DNA of 64,000 nt from Faecalicatena sp. (GTDB lineage Bacteria; Bacillota; Clostridia; Lachnospirales; Lachnospiraceae): positions 14,143 through 78,142 of the forward strand of contig VSNK01000002.1 of NCBI GenBank assembly GCA_009774255.1. Reading direction: 5' to 3'. Made by a program: the position numbers and the translations under genes. Below the pieces are notes generated by a model. It saw only the letters and a list, made by a program, of their open reading frames with translations, did not search any database and was not told where the DNA came from. Below, piece after piece: positions 39,685 through 48,544 of the stretch (the first letter of the stretch is position 1; each line of letters opens with the position of its first letter).

Positions 39685-40188
39685 TCAAAAACTGCGTATA
39701 TGATCTTCTTCCTCTTCCTGGGTGTTCTCGATCCTCTTGATAACCGCATAATATCCATAATCGTCGCTTACCTTGATATAAACCCTGTCATTGACCTTAT
39801 GCCCGATGATCGCTTTTCCCATGGGTGACTCGATACTGATCAGCCCGTTTAGAGAACTGCCCCGGATGGAGGTAACCAGTCTGTAGACTTCTGTCTCATC
39901 ATCCTCTTCGATATAAAGCTCCACCGTATTATTGATTCCAACCTCATCCTCTTTTGAACTGTCGTCTATGATGACCGCATTTTTCAGCATCCGTTCCAGA
40001 TACCGGATCCTGCTCTCATTCTGATTCTTATCCTTCTTTGCCGCATGGTACTCAAAGTTCTCACTCAGATCGCCGTGCGCCCGGGCTTCCTTTACCGCTT
40101 CAATGGCTTCCTTTCTCACCACAAGCTTTCGGTGCTCTATCTCCTCCTTGATTTTCTCCACATCACTTTTTGTCAGTCTGTCCTTCAT
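39685..40188 (-). CDS. greA: Transcription elongation factor GreA
   Basis: EARAHGDLSENFEYHAAK, ISIESPMGKA. Confidence 0.93.
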   Translation of the reverse strand: MKDRLTKSDVEKIKEEIEHRKLVVRKEAIEAVKEARAHGDLSENFEYHAAKKDKNQNESRIRYLERMLKNAVIIDDSSKEDEVGINNTVELYIEEDDETEVYRLVTSIRGSSLNGLISIESPMGKAIIGHKVNDRVYIKVSDDYGYYAVIKRIENTQEEEEDHIRSF

Positions 40189-40386
40189 TTTTTCTCCATT
40201 CCAAATCTATAAAATATAATCAATATGGAGATAGATTTTACAGGACAACACATAAATTGTCAAGCACTGTTTTCCCTGAGAGTTTCTCTTTGTCACGATA
40301 TCCTTTTCCGGGTAAAAATTTATGTATAAAATTCCTGTATCAGGGACATTCTGATTTTATATGGTTCACAATTTATTCACAAATTA

Positions 40387-40429
40387 TTAGCACTCTCTTG
40401 TTGACAGTGCTAATAATTTGTGCTATAGT
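40387..40429 (+). promoter_or_regulatory. CIRCE (HrcA operator) overlapping the sigma-A promoter of the Hsp20 gene
   Basis: TTAGCACTC-N9-CAGTGCTAA at 40387-40413 (one mismatch); TTGACA(40401)-N17-TATAGT(40424). Confidence 0.9.
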
Positions 40430-40476
40430 TTCTATAGCACAAAGATAACAATAGTTTTCAAATGGAGGTATGACAT

Positions 40477-40896
40477 ATGTTATTATCAAACAGAAATTTT
40501 ATAAACAGCTTTTTTAACGATCCGTTTTTTGAAAGGCCTTTTGAAAATACCACATCACAGATCATGAAGACAGATATACACGAAAACGATGCAAACTACG
40601 TGGTAGAGATGGAACTTCCCGGATATAAAAAGGAAGATATCAAAGCCGATCTGAAAGACGGATATCTCACCATCACTGCATCAAAAAACGAATCAAAAGA
40701 AGAACACGATACCAAAGGAAAATGCATCCGCAAAGAACGCTATACCGGTTCCTGCAACCGCAGCTTTTATGTCGGAAAGGAACTTACACAGGAAGATATT
40801 AAAGCTGCCTTCTCCGATGGCATCCTGCGCCTTAACATTCCAAAGGAAGTTCCGAAGGCCATCGAGGAACAGCCAAAATATATCGCAATCGAATGA
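40477..40896 (+). CDS. Small heat-shock protein, Hsp20/alpha-crystallin family
   Basis: MKTDIHE, ELPGYKKEDI, RKERYTGSCNRSF, A.FSDGILRLNIPK. Confidence 0.95.
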   Translation: MLLSNRNFINSFFNDPFFERPFENTTSQIMKTDIHENDANYVVEMELPGYKKEDIKADLKDGYLTITASKNESKEEHDTKGKCIRKERYTGSCNRSFYVGKELTQEDIKAAFSDGILRLNIPKEVPKAIEEQPKYIAIE

Positions 40897-41007
40897 TACT
40901 CACGGCCGTGAGTATTGCGCCAGCCGCAGCCGCAAGGCGGCAGATTTCCTTATGCGGCTGTGTGCATCACATAATATTGAGCGGCAGATTTATCTGGCGC
41001 TCAGTAT
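40896..41007. mobile_element. Type E palindromic repeat element (left hairpin internally deleted)
   Basis: ATACTCACGGCCGTGAGTAT...GGCAGATTTATCTGGCGCTCAGTAT; homologous to 49916 and 61009; starts within the Hsp20 stop codon. Confidence 0.85.
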
Positions 41008-41013
41008 ATAAAT

Positions 41014-41050
41014 GCCGATACGGGTCTTACATCCGTATCGGCTCTTTTTT
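41014..41050. terminator. Intrinsic terminator
   Basis: GCCGATACGG...CCGTATCGGC followed by a T-run. Confidence 0.75.
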
Positions 41051-41090
41051 GCACATCTCTCATCATACTTTATCTTTTTAGTATGTATTC

Positions 41091-41726
41091 TTACTTTTCT
41101 ACTCCGGCATTCTTGTAATAGTCATCGAACATCGCGTTAACTGCATCGTGTGTATCGTGGCTGATACTCGGAAGTGACTTGCCCCATGCCGCAGTTGCCT
41201 GATCAAATCCCTTTTCCACAGCGTCCTGCATCTTCTTCATCATAGCAGTATCGTCACCTGCAATAGCCTTAGCCATATCGAAGATTCTCTGAGATGTCTG
41301 CTTCACTCCCCAATATCCGTCCTCGGAGATCGCCTGCTGAGCTTCTGCCTTTGTCTTCGCGTCTACAGTAAAGTTACCGCTTGCGATCTGACGCCAGAAG
41401 GCATCGCTGCCTGCCGTAAGTCCTGTGATTCCCTGCTTGTTGAATGTCTGCATCATCATATTGGTGAAGCGTGACATCTGGTTGTCCATGTCTGACTTCA
41501 GGCTTTCTACCAGAGCCGCCCTGTCAGCATCACTCATCTTCGTCGTTACTTTCGTGTCAGCGCTGAATTCTACACGGTCAGTATTGGGAGCTGCCGCACT
41601 CACTGCCGCGGAATCTGCCGAACCATCCTTCTCGGAAGCAAGCCTGGAAGCTGCGGCCGCATTAGCTACATTAGCTGCATTGGTATTGGCAACATTATTA
41701 TACAAATAGTCATTACTGATTTTCAC
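41091..41726 (-). CDS. Ala-rich hypothetical protein, probably sigma-28 regulated
   Basis: GTG start after AGGAGG; low-complexity N-terminus, TDRVEFS, C-terminal ISEDGYWGVKQTSQRIFD.AKA. Confidence 0.8.
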   Translation of the reverse strand: MKISNDYLYNNVANTNAANVANAAAASRLASEKDGSADSAAVSAAAPNTDRVEFSADTKVTTKMSDADRAALVESLKSDMDNQMSRFTNMMMQTFNKQGITGLTAGSDAFWRQIASGNFTVDAKTKAEAQQAISEDGYWGVKQTSQRIFDMAKAIAGDDTAMMKKMQDAVEKGFDQATAAWGKSLPSISHDTHDAVNAMFDDYYKNAGVEK

Positions 41727-41782
41727 TTCATTTCCTCCTTTTCTTTTCATTAGGAAAACCAATTAACATCCCTCTGTACAAT

Positions 41783-41809
41783 ATATCGGCGTGAAGCCCC
41801 GAAAGTTAA
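41783..41809 (-). promoter_or_regulatory. Sigma-28 (SigD/FliA)-type promoter
   Basis: TTAA-N15-GCCGATAT on the minus strand. Confidence 0.75.
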
Positions 41810-41828
41810 GCAAAATATGGTATTTTGA

Positions 41829-44249
41829 CTAAATCCTTCCGTTTCCCCAGAAAGTTTTCAATTTCTCATCCAGCGTCTCTAGTCTGCACTTTTGTATCCC
41901 CTTCCATTCTCTTGGGAAAGTCTCCTGATACTGCCGTCCCAGAAACCGTTCATCCAGCAGAAGGATCACCCCCTGATCTTCCTCCGTACGAATCACCCGT
42001 CCGGCAGACTGCAGTACTTTATTCATACCGGGATACAGGTATGAATAATCAAAACCGGACAGCTTTCTCCTGTCAAAGTAAGAACGCAGGATCTCACGGT
42101 CATTGCACACCTGGGGAAGACCTGTCCCCACGATCACTGCTCCGATCAGCCGGTCCTTTGTCAGATCAATCCCCTCTGAAAAGATCCCTCCCATCACACA
42201 GAAGCCTGCGAGAGAGCCCTCTCTCTCTTCCTCAAAGTTCTCCAGAAAGATCTCCCTTGCCTCTTCTCCCATCCGCTGTGTCTGGATGATACATTCGATT
42301 TCCTCTTCCGCCTCCATCTCTGTCTGAAAGAATTCATATACGTCTTCCAAAAAACGATAAGATGGAAAGAAGATCATATAATTGCCCTTTTTCGCTCGGA
42401 TGGTCCGCAGGATATACCGCGCAATCTTCTGATACATTCCCTTTCCGCGCATGGTATACCTCGTACTGACATCCGTCGCCAGAAGAATCAACCTGTTCTC
42501 TGCGGGAAAGTGAGACTCTGCATAGACTGCATAATCCTCCTTTTCCACACTCAGCAGCTTTTTATAATATTGGATCGGAAGTAATGTAGCAGAAAAGAAT
42601 ATCGTACTGTTTCCCTGTTCCAGATAAGCCTGCAGATTCACCGAAGGATTTACACAGAGCAGCTTCAGCCTGAACCGTCCCTGCCGTTCCAGCTCCGCAT
42701 ACACTGTATAGTTATCATCCAATATATCATAAATGTTCAGGAAATCCCTCACCTGAAAATAAAACTCCAGAACTTCCTCCCTCTTATCCGGATCCCGGCA
42801 TTCCTCCAGATAGTGCTCCAGCTCTCCAAACACATTCATCAATTTCAGCGAAATATGAGCTACACTGTCCACGACCTGATATCCGCTGACTTCACACTCG
42901 GATCTGTCTGCCGTATTCAGTATCATATAATCTTCACACTCCCGCTTCATCTCCAGAAGCTGCCGGTTGCACTCTTCCAGCCGTTTCGCCAGCTTCGGAT
43001 CTTCTGTCTTCACGAGCCTCCTGATTCTTAAAATATCTTCTTTATAAATCTCGGCACTGTACATTTCCCGTCCGCGTTCCACCAGGTTATGTGCCTCATC
43101 CACCAGAAACAGATAGCCCCCCTTGTTCCCCTCTGAGAAAAAACGTTTTAGATGCGCATTCGGATCAAACACATAATTATAATCACAGATCACGGCATCT
43201 ACCCAGATCGATACATCCAGTGACATTTCGAAAGGACATACCCGATATCTCTCCGCCTGCGCTTCGAGTACACTTCTCGTCAGCTCACAGCCTTTCGTGA
43301 TCAGATCGAACACTGCGTCATTGACCCGGTCAAAATGCCCTTTTGCATAGGGACACGCATCCGGGTTGCACTCTGTATTCTCGCAAAAACAGATTTTTTC
43401 CTTTGCGGTCAGCGTGATCGTCTTAAAAAGAAGCCCCTGGCTCCGCAGCGTCTGAAACGCCTGCTCCGCCACCGTCCGGGTGATAGTCTTCGCCGTGAGA
43501 TAGAAGATCTTCTCTCCCAGATCCTCTCCTATAGCCCGCACCGCCGGAAAAACGGTTGCCATCGTCTTTCCCACTCCGGTAGGCGCCTGGATGAACAGCT
43601 TTTTCCGGCGCAAGATCGTGCGGTATACGGCGGCCGCCAGCTCCCTCTGGCCCTCGCGGTAAGGAAACGGAAATTCCGTCCTGCGGATAGATTCCTTTCG
43701 CTTATTTCTCCATTCGATCTGAAATCCTGCCCACTTTTCATAGGCATGGATCAGCTCGCCAAACCATAGTTTTAGCTCCTCACAGCGATATGACTGCCGA
43801 AATCGTTTGATCTCCTCCGTTTCCAGATTGCAGTAGGTCATCTGTACATCTATCTCTTCCATCGTGTTCTGGGAAGCATACATGTATGCATAGCACTTCG
43901 CCTGAGCCAGATGGATGCCCGCAGGCTCTCTGACCTGTTCCAGATCCCGCAGGACTCCCTTGATCTCGTCAATGACTGTCCGGCCTTCTTCCACAAAGAT
44001 GCCGTCTGCGCGTCCTTCCACCTGAAGAATGAAACCATCGCAGGGACACTGTTGCTTTAACGGAACTTCCGCACGATAACCGGAACCCATCCGCTTCTGG
44101 AGCTTGCGGTGGATTCTGCTTCCCTGCTGCATGGCATCCCGTTCCATACCGCCTGTAGTTCGATTGTCAATATCCCCCTCGCGAAGAATGAACTCCACAA
44201 GATTCCGGACCGAAATTTTAATCACCTGTTCTGCTTCCATTTTTCCCAT
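41829..44249 (-). CDS. Rad3/DinG-family Fe-S helicase with N-terminal PD-(D/E)XK nuclease-like domain
   Basis: EGRADG...IDEIK, QAPTGVGKT, Cys cluster (KICFC..ECNPDAC...CPFE), DEAHNL, SATL, QSAGRVIR. Confidence 0.9.
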   Translation of the reverse strand: MGKMEAEQVIKISVRNLVEFILREGDIDNRTTGGMERDAMQQGSRIHRKLQKRMGSGYRAEVPLKQQCPCDGFILQVEGRADGIFVEEGRTVIDEIKGVLRDLEQVREPAGIHLAQAKCYAYMYASQNTMEEIDVQMTYCNLETEEIKRFRQSYRCEELKLWFGELIHAYEKWAGFQIEWRNKRKESIRRTEFPFPYREGQRELAAAVYRTILRRKKLFIQAPTGVGKTMATVFPAVRAIGEDLGEKIFYLTAKTITRTVAEQAFQTLRSQGLLFKTITLTAKEKICFCENTECNPDACPYAKGHFDRVNDAVFDLITKGCELTRSVLEAQAERYRVCPFEMSLDVSIWVDAVICDYNYVFDPNAHLKRFFSEGNKGGYLFLVDEAHNLVERGREMYSAEIYKEDILRIRRLVKTEDPKLAKRLEECNRQLLEMKRECEDYMILNTADRSECEVSGYQVVDSVAHISLKLMNVFGELEHYLEECRDPDKREEVLEFYFQVRDFLNIYDILDDNYTVYAELERQGRFRLKLLCVNPSVNLQAYLEQGNSTIFFSATLLPIQYYKKLLSVEKEDYAVYAESHFPAENRLILLATDVSTRYTMRGKGMYQKIARYILRTIRAKKGNYMIFFPSYRFLEDVYEFFQTEMEAEEEIECIIQTQRMGEEAREIFLENFEEEREGSLAGFCVMGGIFSEGIDLTKDRLIGAVIVGTGLPQVCNDREILRSYFDRRKLSGFDYSYLYPGMNKVLQSAGRVIRTEEDQGVILLLDERFLGRQYQETFPREWKGIQKCRLETLDEKLKTFWGNGRI

Positions 44250-44314
44250 CTTTCCAGTTGCTTGTTGCAGGTGACACCTTTACCATGCATACCCTGCAAC
44301 TCACGCCGCCATTT

Positions 44315-44339
44315 GTTACTATTCACGGCTCATTGTAAC
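44315..44339. repeat. Short remnant with type A/B-like ends
   Basis: GTTACTATTCACGGCTCATTGTAAC; no TSD visible. Confidence 0.45.
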
Positions 44340-44372
44340 GACAAAATGCCTTCTTTCTTCATGTCTCTTTTA

Positions 44373-45224
44373 TTATACCACAACTGTAATATGGATGTAA
44401 TTTTTTTCTTCTATGATCTCCTGAGCGACCGTAATTTCTCCGTTTGCTTTTTGTATCAGAGATTTGACACGTGCAAGTCCGATGCCGCGTCTTCCGGCCT
44501 TCGCATCCTTCGTCGTATACCCGTTTTCGAAAAATTTTTCCAATTCCTCAAAGGGAAGCCTCCGGTATTCATTCAGGATTTCAAACACCATCTTATCCTC
44601 CCGGGAATCCAGAAATATTTTGACCCGGCCTCCCGCTTCCATGGAAGCTTCGTAGGCATTGTCTACCAGTACCCCCACAATCTCGATCAGACTGTGCTCG
44701 GAAGTTCCGGACAGGATCTGCCAGTTGCGCACCTCGACGTCTGTGTCTATATTTTCCGGAGAGCTGACAATCTTACTGTACAGAAATCCTGCCAAAACCT
44801 TATCGCTGATTCTCAGAAGAGGCAGAAACTTACTGGCGCTGTCGCGGCGAATGTCCAAAATATACTGTGACTGCTTCTCCACCAGTTCCTCATAATTGTC
44901 TACCGTCAGATGCATATTCAGGATCGCATTGATATGATTGTCAAATTCATGCTGCCTGGCCCGTATTTCCTTGACCAGCTCTTCCAATGGCCGGATATAG
45001 AGCCGGTACATCTTCAGTTCCTTTTCCTGATTTCGGATCAGGTCACTGCTGATCTTCCAGTCTATCGCTCCCCATATGATTCCTGTCATGACCAGGATGA
45101 ACACAATGATCATTTTTATATTCAGCGTGCCGCTAAACATCAGATCTGTCACCAGATATAGTCCAATTAACATAGATAACGTACATAAAATTCTATAGAT
45201 GAGCTTATTGCTGACTTTCACCAT
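44373..45224 (-). CDS. GHKL sensor histidine kinase (AgrC-like, two TM segments)
   Basis: RARQHEFDNH, LVDNAYEA, GYTTK, RGIGL. Confidence 0.85.
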   Translation of the reverse strand: MVKVSNKLIYRILCTLSMLIGLYLVTDLMFSGTLNIKMIIVFILVMTGIIWGAIDWKISSDLIRNQEKELKMYRLYIRPLEELVKEIRARQHEFDNHINAILNMHLTVDNYEELVEKQSQYILDIRRDSASKFLPLLRISDKVLAGFLYSKIVSSPENIDTDVEVRNWQILSGTSEHSLIEIVGVLVDNAYEASMEAGGRVKIFLDSREDKMVFEILNEYRRLPFEELEKFFENGYTTKDAKAGRRGIGLARVKSLIQKANGEITVAQEIIEEKNYIHITVVV

Positions 45225-45939
45225 GCAGGAGCCTCCTGACCTCCGGTTTGAATGTGACCCCGATATCGATCCACTCCGAGGAGCCTTCCACCTGGATCAC
45301 CTGGTTGACCAGATCATAATACTTAACGGCACTTCGATTTACCACGAATGTCCTGTGACACTGAAAGAACATATCCTCTGGCAGCTTTTCAAGCAGCTTA
45401 TGGATGGAGAGATACGGCACTTCAATCTGTTCCTCTTTGAGATAGATACACACCCCTCTCGGAATCGCCCGAAAGAACCGGATCTCGTCGCAGAATATTT
45501 TATAATTGATCCCATTTCTTTTTACCATGATGAAGGACCTTTTTTCCGTATGAAGGTGGAATAAGACCTTACGGACGATCTCCTCTATCTCCGTCTGTAC
45601 GTAAGGCTTCACCACATATTGGTAGCAATGCAGCTTCCGGTAAGCCTCCATCTCCAGTCCGGCAACCGAGGTGATCATCACCAGCGGCGTGAACTCATAC
45701 CGCCGGATCCTCCGGAGCTCTTCCGCAAACAGGAAACCGGATGTATCCCCATTTTCGCCTGGCTTTAGATTCACGTCCAGAAAGAATAGATCAAAAGAAA
45801 CGGTGCCGTCAAGCAGCAGCCTGGCTTCCGCCAGGTCTGCTGCCGCATCCACCGTGATCTCTGCGGAAATGTTCCGCAGCATTTTTTTCAGGGCTTTCCT
45901 GCTTTCGCTCTCATCTTCCAGTATCAGTATTCTTGCCAT
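45205..45939 (-). CDS. LytTR-family response regulator
   Basis: ILILEDE, FFLDVNL, YVVKP, FFQCHRTFVVN; start moved to MARIL. Confidence 0.9.
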   Translation of the reverse strand: MARILILEDESESRKALKKMLRNISAEITVDAAADLAEARLLLDGTVSFDLFFLDVNLKPGENGDTSGFLFAEELRRIRRYEFTPLVMITSVAGLEMEAYRKLHCYQYVVKPYVQTEIEEIVRKVLFHLHTEKRSFIMVKRNGINYKIFCDEIRFFRAIPRGVCIYLKEEQIEVPYLSIHKLLEKLPEDMFFQCHRTFVVNRSAVKYYDLVNQVIQVEGSSEWIDIGVTFKPEVRRLLHGESQQ

Positions 45940-45946
45940 CCCTTGT

Positions 45947-46891
45947 TCACTCCGGCCTTGCGTCATCTATACGTGCAACTTCTGCGATGGTCTTCGTCAG
46001 TCCTGCGATTCCCTGCAGTTCGGACGGAATAATGATCTTCGTGGCCTGGCCGTCAGCCGCTTTTACAAATGCCTCCAGACTCTTGAGTGTCAGAACTGCC
46101 TGATCCGCGCCTGCCGCTTTCACAAACTCAATACCCTCCGCAGTTGCTTTCTGTACCGTACGGATCGCTTCCGCCTGGCCTTCCGCCTCCCGGATCCGTT
46201 TCTGCTTTTCCGCTTCCGCTTTCAGAATCGCCGCCTCCTTAGAAGCCTCTGCTTCCAGGATTACGGATTCCTTCTCACCTTCCGCTACAAGTATGGTAGA
46301 TTTCTTCTCGCCTTCCGCGCGAAGAATTGCCTCTCTTCTCTCACGCTCCGCTTTCATCTGCTTTTCCATGGCATCCTGGATTGCCTTCGGAGGCATGATA
46401 TTTTTCAGTTCCACACGGTTGACCTTGATTCCCCATTCGTCCGTCGCGATATCCAGAATCGTCCGCATCTTTGTGTTGATCGTCTCTCTGGAAGTCAGTG
46501 TCTCATCCAGTTCAAGGTCGCCGATGATATTACGCAGTGTCGTGGCAGTCAGATTCTCGATCGCCGCAATGGGACTCTCCACACCGTATGCATATTTCTT
46601 TGGATCCGTGATCTGGAAGAATACGACCGTATCTATCTGCATCGTAACGTTATCCTTCGTAATCACAGCCTGCGGATCAAAATCAACGACCTGTTCCTTC
46701 AAAGAAACTTTTTTTGCCACCTTATCCAGAATCGGCATCTTAAAATGCAGCCCTACGCTCCACGTTTCCTTATATCCGCCCAGGCGTTCCAGGACATAGG
46801 CATGTGCCTGAGGCACGATCTTGATATTTGAAATAAGAATTAAAAGAACAATGATCAAGATGATAATGACAATAATGATTCCAAGATTCAT
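45947..46891 (-). CDS. SPFH/Band 7 (stomatin/QmcA-like) protein
   Basis: QAVITKDNV, TTLRNIIG, WGIKVNRVELK, MEKQMKAERERR. Confidence 0.93.
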   Translation of the reverse strand: MNLGIIIVIIILIIVLLILISNIKIVPQAHAYVLERLGGYKETWSVGLHFKMPILDKVAKKVSLKEQVVDFDPQAVITKDNVTMQIDTVVFFQITDPKKYAYGVESPIAAIENLTATTLRNIIGDLELDETLTSRETINTKMRTILDIATDEWGIKVNRVELKNIMPPKAIQDAMEKQMKAERERREAILRAEGEKKSTILVAEGEKESVILEAEASKEAAILKAEAEKQKRIREAEGQAEAIRTVQKATAEGIEFVKAAGADQAVLTLKSLEAFVKAADGQATKIIIPSELQGIAGLTKTIAEVARIDDARPE

Positions 46892-46894
46892 ACT

Positions 46895-47338
46895 CTATTC
46901 CTCCTCATACTTTTTTACAATCAGCTTTACCCCTGAGATATTCACGACCTTTGCCAGATCCCCCGGCTGCAGAATGACTTTGTCGTCCTCTGTCCGGGCC
47001 ATCCATTCCAGCCCGTTCACAACTGCGGTTCCCAGCTCCTGCCGGTTATTCACGGTCTCTGTTATTCTAACCACTTTTCCGATAATTCCCTCATAATTTG
47101 TTTTTTCATGATGGGAATTTATGTATTTTACCGCAAACGGGCGGGTAAAAATCAGCAGTAAGAATGATACGGCCAGAAAAGCTCCTGTCTGCCACCAGAT
47201 ATCCAGCCCTGCTATATTGAAGAGCAATGCGGCCACCGCTCCTCCGGCCATCCAGATCGACGTCAGCCCGACAGTCGCGATCTCAATAATAAGAAACAAA
47301 ATCAGCAGTCCGAGCCATATAAAAACCTCTCTCTCCAT
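46895..47338 (-). CDS. NfeD-family membrane protein
   Basis: Hydrophobic N-terminus, OB-fold C-terminus (G.AVVNGLEWMAR); adjacent to SPFH gene. Confidence 0.88.
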   Translation of the reverse strand: MEREVFIWLGLLILFLIIEIATVGLTSIWMAGGAVAALLFNIAGLDIWWQTGAFLAVSFLLLIFTRPFAVKYINSHHEKTNYEGIIGKVVRITETVNNRQELGTAVVNGLEWMARTEDDKVILQPGDLAKVVNISGVKLIVKKYEEE

Positions 47339-47381
47339 GCTACCTCCTTCTTTCCGTATAGTTTCATCCGGTGTACCGTAA

Positions 47382-47586
47382 GGAACTGTCCCTAAATAAC
47401 TTACAACTTTGACTCGTCTAAAACTTCATATACTGCGTTGGTCTACACTCCGTTTCGGTCCGCGCTAAACGTGTGTCGCTGGCACACAGCGCCGTCAATC
47501 GACGTACCCCGGTACGCCTCATTCCTCCGCCTTGCATATGAAGTTTTATCCTGAGTCATAGTTGCATGTTATTTTGTGACAGTTCC
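47382..47586. mobile_element. Type D MITE-like element
   Basis: TIR GGAACTGTCCCTAAATAAC / GTTATTTTGTGACAGTTCC; TAA on both sides; core identical to 23453-23555. Confidence 0.9.
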
Positions 47587-47677
47587 TAAGTGAGAATACG
47601 AGTAACTCCCTGATGTTGATTCTATCTTAATCTGTCAGGCTTGATAATACAATAGTTTTTGCGCGAATGCAGTGTTT

Positions 47678-48469
47678 TTATGCTTTAATGAAATCAGGCT
47701 CCCGGATCGGCCCAAACTCCGTCATATCCTGCCGGAAATGAAGCGGCAGATGGGTTCTCTGGCAGGTCGGATTCTCCCGCTCCTTTATGGCAATCGACTG
47801 GAAAAATCCCTGCCACAGCTTCTCAAATTCAGCCTCCGCTTTTGATATTTTTTCCGCTTCTTCCCGATTCAGACACTCTCCGCTTACAAGCACCCACGGA
47901 TGCCTGTCGCGGTGTACGATGAACTCCTGGTGTGTCTTATCATAGATCATCCAGTTTTCCAGCGGAAAGCGATCCGTAAAATGATCTGCGATACAGGTCA
48001 GCACCCTGCTCTTAGGTGTGATCTCTGAAAAGAGCACTCCATTCTCCAGCTCACGGAAACGAATAAACTCCATGAACTGATGGGCTTCATTTGCCACCTT
48101 TCTGCTTAGTTCAAACACACAGGCTACATCGGGATCAGACAGATGTTCCATGATCCTTTTACTGTTTCCAACCGTACGCGCAGCCTGCATGACATGGAAC
48201 ACCGCTTCCGCCTTTTTGGAATGTTCTGATAAAAGCGCGTGATAAATATCCCAATACGTGTTATAACCCATATGATTTCGAATCAGCTTTTCCACAGCCA
48301 GAGCCTTACGCTCCTCTTCCCTGACTTCCGCATACTCGCAGAACAGCTGTGTATCCAGCCTCCCCCTCAGTTCGATTCCCGCCTCCTTGTCCCGGCTTTC
48401 CTTCCAGGCGTCATAGATTGCGGAAAAGATCCCGGTTATCGTGTCATTGCAGATATATACTTTTTTCAT
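47678..48469 (-). CDS. TIGR03915-type (DUF4130) putative DNA metabolism protein
   Basis: GIFSAIYDAW, EAH...FIRF.EL, HFTDRFP.ENWMIYD, W..FFQSIAIKEREN..CQR; follows the radical SAM gene. Confidence 0.85.
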   Translation of the reverse strand: MKKVYICNDTITGIFSAIYDAWKESRDKEAGIELRGRLDTQLFCEYAEVREEERKALAVEKLIRNHMGYNTYWDIYHALLSEHSKKAEAVFHVMQAARTVGNSKRIMEHLSDPDVACVFELSRKVANEAHQFMEFIRFRELENGVLFSEITPKSRVLTCIADHFTDRFPLENWMIYDKTHQEFIVHRDRHPWVLVSGECLNREEAEKISKAEAEFEKLWQGFFQSIAIKERENPTCQRTHLPLHFRQDMTEFGPIREPDFIKA

Positions 48470-48544
48470 ACTGAGCTCACCCCAATCTCAACATGTTTAT
48501 GATTGTTTTCTTTCCGCACCGGAATCCTTCATCCGTTCTTCCTG

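Noticed and set aside
41829..44249. Cas4/DinG as part of a CRISPR-Cas system
   Set aside because: No cas genes or array; fits a stand-alone Firmicute Rad3-type helicase.
44373..45939. Complete agr quorum-sensing locus
   Set aside because: AgrA/AgrC-like pair only; no AgrB or AgrD-like ORF nearby, and the kinase has only two TM segments.
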